DNA from: Desulfosoma sp.
GTDB taxonomy: Bacteria; Desulfobacterota; Syntrophobacteria; Syntrophobacterales; DSM-9756
NCBI GenBank assembly: GCA_037481835.1
Contig: JBBFKW010000001.1
Coordinates: 32,001 to 96,000 of the forward strand
DNA: 64,000 bases
Direction of reading: 5' to 3'
Numbering within the stretch: position 1 is the stretch's first letter; each line of letters opens with the position of its first letter. Shown piece by piece: positions 58,474-64,000 of this stretch. Made by a program: the position numbers and the translations under genes. Under the pieces are notes generated by a model that made no database searches, was not told the DNA's origin, and saw nothing but the letters and a program-made list of their open reading frames with translations.

Positions 58474-59250
58474 TCAATGATCCGGGGAGGCGGCGCACAG
58501 GAGGATCTCCCTCAAGCTTCGGGAAATCCACAGCATCTTGGGGTTATCGGCGGGAAGCTTCCCCCGAAGGGCGTAGACGGCCCCTTCGGCCAGGCTCCCC
58601 CAGAGCTTGAGCATTTCGTTGTAGAGGATTTTTCGGTTTCGGAAAACGTAGGCGGGAACGGACGGGGACCCGTCGGTCACGGCATGGAGCGCGATGTCCA
58701 CGCCGGATCCCCAGGTGAGGGCTTTCAGCAGGAGGTAGGAGCGCGGGGCGTGGTAGGCGGAGGTCACCAGGATGACGCGCTTCAGGCCGTGATCCCGGAT
58801 GATCTCCCGGCAGAGGAGGGCGTTTTCGAAGGTGGTTCGGGCCCGGGGTTCGGGAAGAACCGCATCGGGCGGAAGGGGGCCGAATCTTTGGGCGTAAGCG
58901 CTAAGCTGCGCCGGGAGGGCGGGAGAAACGGCGATCTTCGGGGCGGCGCCGCTTCGAACGAGATCCCAGCCCGCTTGGATCCTCTTGGCGGCCCCGGCGA
59001 AAACGACCACGGCATCGGCCTTCCCGGGGACGTTCCCGATCCCGAGAAGGCTGACAAAGAGCGCCCCTTCCAGGGCGAAAAGCAGGGCGAGAATCCCGAG
59101 AAGCCGCCCGGCGGACAAAACCCCCGCCCGAAAAGCCCCGCCGCCTCTCTTCCTCTCACCCCAAATGAAGAGCCCCTCCTTTGCGCCTTGGCGTCTTTGC
59201 GCGAGGCCTTTTTTCTCCCGCCAAGCCGCCAAGCACGCCAAGAAAAGCAT
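58474..59250 (-). CDS. YdcF/DUF218 family protein (start uncertain)
   Basis: ADAVVVFAG, ARTTFENA and VTSAYHAPRS. Confidence 0.85.
   Translation of the reverse strand: MLFLACLAAWREKKGLAQRRQGAKEGLFIWGERKRGGGAFRAGVLSAGRLLGILALLFALEGALFVSLLGIGNVPGKADAVVVFAGAAKRIQAGWDLVRSGAAPKIAVSPALPAQLSAYAQRFGPLPPDAVLPEPRARTTFENALLCREIIRDHGLKRVILVTSAYHAPRSYLLLKALTWGSGVDIALHAVTDGSPSVPAYVFRNRKILYNEMLKLWGSLAEGAVYALRGKLPADNPKMLWISRSLREILLCAASPDH
59179..59242. repeat. Inverted pair of (RCGCMAAG)x3 elements at the 5' end of the YdcF-family gene
   Basis: ctttgcgccttggcgtctttgcgcgagg / tctcccgccaagccgccaagcacgccaag. Confidence 0.85.
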
Positions 59251-59286
59251 TTTTTGTACTGCTGATCATCCCTGCGCGAACCCTTT

Positions 59287-60582
59287 CTACGCCGCCGCCT
59301 GAAAGCACCCGCGCACAATCCCGATGACCCGCTCCAAGTCGCCGGAGGTCATGGCCGTGCCGCTGGGCAAACAGAGTCCCCGCTCGAAGAGCCCCTCGGC
59401 CACCTCTCCCCTCACGACCCTGCAGGAATGGCCACCTCTTTGCGCCTTGGCGTCTTTGCGCGAGGCCCCAAAAACGGGTTGACAATGCATGGGCTTCCAC
59501 ACAGGCCGGGATTCGATGTTTTCTTTTTCCAGGGCGATTCGGATCTCTTCCCTGCTCACTCCGGCCCTTTCGGGATCCACGGTCATCACGGTGAGCCACC
59601 GGTTGCTGCGGCTCCAGTCGGGTTCCGGCATGAAGGTGATTCCCGGAAGATCGGACAGGGCTTCGCGGTACAAGTCGAAAATTTCCCGTCTCCGGCGCAC
59701 GCGCTCGTCCAGCACCCGTATCTGCCCGCGCCCGATGGCCGCCACGATGTTGCTCATGCGGTAGTTGTACCCGATGGTGCTGTGTTCGTAGTGAGGCGCC
59801 GGATCCCGCGCCTGTTGGCTCAGAAAGCGTGCGTATTCGATGAGTTCCGGGTCGTCGCTTGCGAGCATCCCGCCTCCCGAGGTGGTGATGATCTTATTCC
59901 CGTTGAAGGAAAAGACCGCCGCCTTCGCCCCCTTCCCGGCATGCATCCAGTCTGTGTGTCGCCTCAAGCCGCCAAGCCCGCCAAGTGAATTCTTCTCGAT
60001 TTGACCTTCACCCTTGGCGCCTTGGCGCCTTTGCGCGAGGTAATAGGCGCCCACGGCCTCGGCGGCATCCACCACCACCGGCACACCGTAGCGGTCGCAG
60101 ATCTCCAGGATCCGCGGCATGTTGCAGCACTGGCCGTAGAGGTCCGTCGGCACCACGGCCTTGGGAAGTTTCCCCGCCCGAGCGCAGCGCTCCAGTTCTT
60201 CTTCCAGAAGGTCCGGATCCATATTCCAGCTTTCCCGATCCGAATCGATAAAGACCGGCACGGCCCCCTGAAAGACGATGGGCGTCACGCTCCCGATGAA
60301 GGTGAGGGTTGAGGCAAAGACCTCGTCGCCCGGGCCCACCCCCAGGCACCGCAGGGCCAAATGCATGGCGGCGGTCCCGCTTGAGACCGCCGCGCACTGG
60401 CCGATTCCCGTATATTCGGCGAATTCGCGCTCAAAGGCGTCCACCATGGGCCCCAGCGGGGCGATGTAGTTGCTCTCGAAGGCCTCCTTTACGAACCGCA
60501 GCTCCTCTCCCCCCATGTGGGGAGGCGACAAAAAGAGCCGCGGCCATACCTTTTGATTTGAATTGGCATCAAATTTCTTCAC
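59287..60582 (-). CDS. DegT/DnrJ/EryC1/StrS nucleotide-sugar aminotransferase with two repeat-derived insertions
   Basis: SSGTAAMHLAL, DAAEA, FSFNGNKIITTSGGG, GYNYRMSN and LCLPS. Confidence 0.95.
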   Translation of the reverse strand: MKKFDANSNQKVWPRLFLSPPHMGGEELRFVKEAFESNYIAPLGPMVDAFEREFAEYTGIGQCAAVSSGTAAMHLALRCLGVGPGDEVFASTLTFIGSVTPIVFQGAVPVFIDSDRESWNMDPDLLEEELERCARAGKLPKAVVPTDLYGQCCNMPRILEICDRYGVPVVVDAAEAVGAYYLAQRRQGAKGEGQIEKNSLGGLGGLRRHTDWMHAGKGAKAAVFSFNGNKIITTSGGGMLASDDPELIEYARFLSQQARDPAPHYEHSTIGYNYRMSNIVAAIGRGQIRVLDERVRRRREIFDLYREALSDLPGITFMPEPDWSRSNRWLTVMTVDPERAGVSREEIRIALEKENIESRPVWKPMHCQPVFGASRKDAKAQRGGHSCRVVRGEVAEGLFERGLCLPSGTAMTSGDLERVIGIVRGCFQAAA

Positions 60583-60591
60583 AGGCGATCC

Positions 60592-61013
60592 TTACGATCC
60601 TTGCCCAGCCCCCGGTTCCAAAGGCTTTGTTTTCGCAGGGACTCCCACAGCCACCGCCCCTGGCGGAACGTCGCGTGTCACAAAACTGTGAGCGCCCACC
60701 ACGGCGTTTTCCCCGATGGTCACCCCCGGCATGACGGTGGTATGGCTCCCCACACGGCATCCCTTCTTGAGGACCACCGGCCCGGCCTTGCCGTCTATGG
60801 TGGATACGGAATAAATGGAGCAGTGGGAGCCGATCTGGACTTCGTCCTCGATGGTCACGCCGCACTTGGCGTTGATATAGGTGAAGGCGCCGATGTCCGT
60901 TCTGTACCCAAGCCTGAAATTTTCCGTGTGTTGGACCATCCAGTTATAGACGGTAAGTTTCCCGTCTTCCACCACGGGATAAACCCAGGTGGAAAATCGA
61001 TCCCCCTGGTCAT
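60592..61013 (-). CDS. Hexapeptide acyltransferase, probably frameshifted near the 5' end
   Basis: Left-handed beta-helix repeats (IGAFTYI, IGSHCSI, PGVTIGENAVVGA). The RBS-linked ATG at 61013 is out of frame. Confidence 0.75.
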
Positions 61014-61042
61014 GAGAGGCTCCTGCGGAGGGCGCCGGCGCT

Positions 61043-61711
61043 CTATGAGGGCACTCGGGGGGGATGGAGATTTCTGGCGGGCACCCCCCCCCATGTTCCG
61101 GATTCAATGGATTTGGTTACGCACGCGCCGGCCCCGATGATCACATCGTCTCCGATGGTTAGAGGTTTTTCCCGGGTGCCGTTGATGAAGACGGCCCCCG
61201 TCCCTACATAAACCCGCTTTCCGAAGTGCACCCACCCGGACACATGGACCCCAGGGGCCAGGGTGGTGTAATCGCCCATGATCACGTCGTGGCCGACGGT
61301 GCAGTCCAGATTGATCTGCACATGCCGTCCCAGGGAGATGTTCACGGTGAGGATGGATCCGGCACAAATGATGGTGCCTTCGCCGTACTGGATCCACCGT
61401 GAGCGCTCCACCCGAGGGTGCACCAAAGTGGCGAAGCCCAATCCGGCTGCGGCCGCCTTGGCGGCCAGGGCCTCCCGAGTCCGAGGATTCCCCACCGCCA
61501 CAACGACTTCGGCATCGACGTATTTTGCCGCCGCCTCCTCCAAACCCACCACCGGGATCCCGTTCAGCACTGTGCCCCATCGGCTTTCATCGTCATCGAT
61601 GAAGCAGGCGGGCTCATAAAGGACTGCCTCGTCGCGGCACGATTCCACGAGCCATGCGACTTCACGGGCGAATCCCCCGGCCCCGTAGATGGCGATGCGC
61701 CGGCTCTTCAT
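61043..61711 (-). CDS. Sugar acetyltransferase (PglD/NeuD family)
   Basis: IYGAGGFAREV, VGHD and hexapeptide repeats. Confidence 0.92.
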   Translation of the reverse strand: MKSRRIAIYGAGGFAREVAWLVESCRDEAVLYEPACFIDDDESRWGTVLNGIPVVGLEEAAAKYVDAEVVVAVGNPRTREALAAKAAAAGLGFATLVHPRVERSRWIQYGEGTIICAGSILTVNISLGRHVQINLDCTVGHDVIMGDYTTLAPGVHVSGWVHFGKRVYVGTGAVFINGTREKPLTIGDDVIIGAGACVTKSIESGTWGGVPARNLHPPRVPS

Positions 61712-62331
61712 CGTTTCATTCCCCCTGAGTTCCCTAGAAATTCTTCCATGGTCGCCTCCCCCGGCTGACTGATCCCTTCCCTTCGGAGCACCTTGACTAC
61801 CGTCATGAAGAGGATCTTGAGATCCAGCGCCAGGGACCAGTTGTCCACGTACCACACATCCAACTTGAACTTTTCTTCCCAGCTTAGGGCGTTTCGCCCG
61901 TTCACCTGGGCCCAGCCCGTGAGCCCCGGCTTGACCTCGTGCCTTCGCGCCTGCTCGGGCGTGTAGCGGTCGAGATATTGCATCAAGAGCGGACGGGGCC
62001 CGACCATGCTCATGTCGCCCTTCAAGACGTTGTAAAGTTCAGGCAGCTCGTCCAGGCTGGTGCTGCGAAGGAACCGACCAACGGATGTCAGACGCTCCGC
62101 GTCCGGAAGCAACCTCCCGTCGGGCCCCCGGGCATTGTTCATGGTCCGGAACTTGACAATGCGGAAGGGCCTTCCCCCCTTGCCCGGCCGAACCTGCGTG
62201 AAAAAGATCGGGGAGCCTTGGGTGACCCGAATCACCAACGCGATCAGCCACATCAGAGGCGAAACCGCCAAGAACCCGAGCCCCGCAACCGCAAGATCCA
62301 ACAGCCTCTTGTTCAACGCAACGCTCCACAC
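61708..62331 (-). CDS. Initiating phosphoglycosyltransferase (PglC/EpsL-like)
   Basis: KRLLDL, KFRTM, RSTSLDELPEL and VGPRP. Confidence 0.95.
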   Translation of the reverse strand: MWSVALNKRLLDLAVAGLGFLAVSPLMWLIALVIRVTQGSPIFFTQVRPGKGGRPFRIVKFRTMNNARGPDGRLLPDAERLTSVGRFLRSTSLDELPELYNVLKGDMSMVGPRPLLMQYLDRYTPEQARRHEVKPGLTGWAQVNGRNALSWEEKFKLDVWYVDNWSLALDLKILFMTVVKVLRREGISQPGEATMEEFLGNSGGMKR

Positions 62332-63489
62332 CTACCCCAGTCCCATCACCTGCATGATGACGGCGTTGACTTTGCGCACGTCGTATTTTTCCTCGGCAAT
62401 TTCGCGGGAACGACGCCCCATTCTCGGGATTAGTGCCGGATTGTCGCAGAAACGGAGCATGGCCTCCGCGAGTTTTTCCACGTTCCTGACAGGCACCAGA
62501 AACCCGTTTTCCCCCCAAATGATGTCTTCGGAGTCTTTGTCCAAGCGTTGCCCGGGGGGCAGGAGCACGGTTTCCCGGCATCCGGGGGCATTGGTCGTGA
62601 TAATGGGCCGTCCCATAGACATGGCTTCCAGGACCGTCCGCGGTGTCCCCTCCCGGTAGGAGGGCAGGACGTAAACGCTGCACGCGGCGAGAGCCGGGCG
62701 AACGTCGTGCAGTTCGCCCAGGTACGTGATCACACCTTCGCGCTGCCATTCGTCAAGTTCCGCCGTGCTGATGCCGGCCGGGTTGGAGTCCCTTGGGCCA
62801 GCCAATGCAAAGTGGGCTTCCGGGTAAAGGGCCCGCACAATCTTTGCCGCCTGCACGTATTCATGCAATCCTTTGTCTCTAAGAAGGCGGCAAATCATTA
62901 GGAAATTCATTTTTCGCGGCAAAGGTGCCCATGCGAAATATCGAACATCGACTCCCGAGCCGTTGATTAAGACACATTGTTTACGGCTCACCAACCTCAG
63001 CCGGCAAAATTCGTTCAGATCGTCTGGATTTTGAAAAAAAACCTGACGGCTTCCTTTGAGGCTCAGGCCGTATAGGGTTTTCGCAGCGAGTCTCGCAAAG
63101 CGTGCCTTTAATCCGTTGTTTTCGCCAAAAGCATAACCCAGCCCGGTAACCATCGAATAACAAGCCCGAACCCTTGCCCATCGCGCAGCCAAGCCTCCCC
63201 AGACAATTGGCTTGATCGTGTAGGTTAAGGCAATATCCGGGCGAATTCTTCGCATGGCTTGATAAAGGGATGCAAAGCTCCGCAGATCTTTCCACGGGTT
63301 CATCCCCGCTCGTACTATCGGAGTCGGGATGAATTCGACTCCCCATCGACCGAGTTCCCGGACCGCATCGCCCTCAGGCTCACCAGCACACGCAAAGACC
63401 TCGTGCCCCAACTCCAGCAGCTCACGGATCAGGGGACCGCGAAAGTTCACCAGCGAGCGCGCAGTGCCTCCGATGACGAAAATCCTCAT
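62332..63489 (-). CDS. GT4 glycosyltransferase (PglA/CapM-like)
   Basis: NFRGPLI, YTIKP, GSGVD and PSYREGTPRTVLEA. Confidence 0.93.
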   Translation of the reverse strand: MRIFVIGGTARSLVNFRGPLIRELLELGHEVFACAGEPEGDAVRELGRWGVEFIPTPIVRAGMNPWKDLRSFASLYQAMRRIRPDIALTYTIKPIVWGGLAARWARVRACYSMVTGLGYAFGENNGLKARFARLAAKTLYGLSLKGSRQVFFQNPDDLNEFCRLRLVSRKQCVLINGSGVDVRYFAWAPLPRKMNFLMICRLLRDKGLHEYVQAAKIVRALYPEAHFALAGPRDSNPAGISTAELDEWQREGVITYLGELHDVRPALAACSVYVLPSYREGTPRTVLEAMSMGRPIITTNAPGCRETVLLPPGQRLDKDSEDIIWGENGFLVPVRNVEKLAEAMLRFCDNPALIPRMGRRSREIAEEKYDVRKVNAVIMQVMGLG

Positions 63490-63562
63490 TTGCCGGTTTC
63501 TTCTGCTCTGTGAGCGGGGTTTCTCTGGAGGATTCTCAATCCGTGGGTAAGGACGCCATTAT

Positions 63563-64000
63563 TCAGTGCCACGCCTCCAGCCAAGCCTCAAACATCAAAA
63601 CATCCCAGAGGTGATATTGCCAGTTGCGCTTCCCCGAAAGGTGCTCCTCCCATTTCTGTCGTATGGGGACCGGGTCAAAAAAACCCTCTCGCTTGAGTCG
63701 AGATTCGCTCAGCAACTCCTCCGCCCAGTCACGAAGAGGGCCACGAAGCCAGTATTCAATAGGTAGGCCAAAGCCCGTTTTGGGGCGTTCCACCAAGGGG
63801 CGAGGAACATGCCGATAGAGAACCTGTCTGAGCAACCACTTGCCTTGCCCGTTACGGATCTTCATGGACATCGGGAGGCTCCAAGCAAATTCAACCACGC
63901 GGTGGTCCAGAAAGGGCGCGCGCGTTTCCAGACTCAAGCTCATGGCCGCCCGATCTACTTTGACCAGAATATCGTCTGGAAGATAGGTGATTGAGTCCAG
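63563..64000 (-). CDS. Asparagine synthase-like amidotransferase, C-terminal part
   Basis: [20 protein letters not shown] and RPKTGFGLP...WLRGPL. Continues beyond the window. Confidence 0.9.
   Translation of the reverse strand: MDSITYLPDDILVKVDRAAMSLSLETRAPFLDHRVVEFAWSLPMSMKIRNGQGKWLLRQVLYRHVPRPLVERPKTGFGLPIEYWLRGPLRDWAEELLSESRLKREGFFDPVPIRQKWEEHLSGKRNWQYHLWDVLMFEAWLEAWH

Overview
GC-rich bacterial chromosome segment. Gene content and order suggest a Desulfobacterota/deltaproteobacterial genome, possibly Syntrophobacterales (inference, not verified). Most of it is housekeeping: rpsB-tsf-pyrH-frr-uppS-cdsA-dxr-rseP-tsaB-der, carAB-purF-kdsD, icd, citrate synthase, prmA, kdsB, queD, IHF, an Mla/MCE ABC operon, ddl, rsmE, pilD, topA, dprA, four tRNAs (Glu, Lys, Met, Phe) and part of a surface-polysaccharide cluster at the right edge. 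The most notable signal is a GxxExxY (PD-(D/E)XK-like) gene bracketed by palindromic TCTC-(RCGCMAAG)x3 elements. Copies of that element occur elsewhere in the window, including two in-frame insertions in an aminotransferase gene, which suggests a REP/RAYT-like nuclease-plus-repeat system. Other highlights: a Trp-rich leader peptide with a tandem two-terminator attenuator before trpB2, a c-di-GMP-I riboswitch before a secreted subtilase, a dnaA paralog with a degenerate Walker B, an Lsm-like protein, a modular coiled-coil nuclease-fold protein, an HEPN/MNT toxin-antitoxin pair, several further repeat families, an IS4 remnant and a probable homopolymer frameshift in an acyltransferase. All calls come from reading the sequence and recalling family motifs. 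No searches or folding programs were run.
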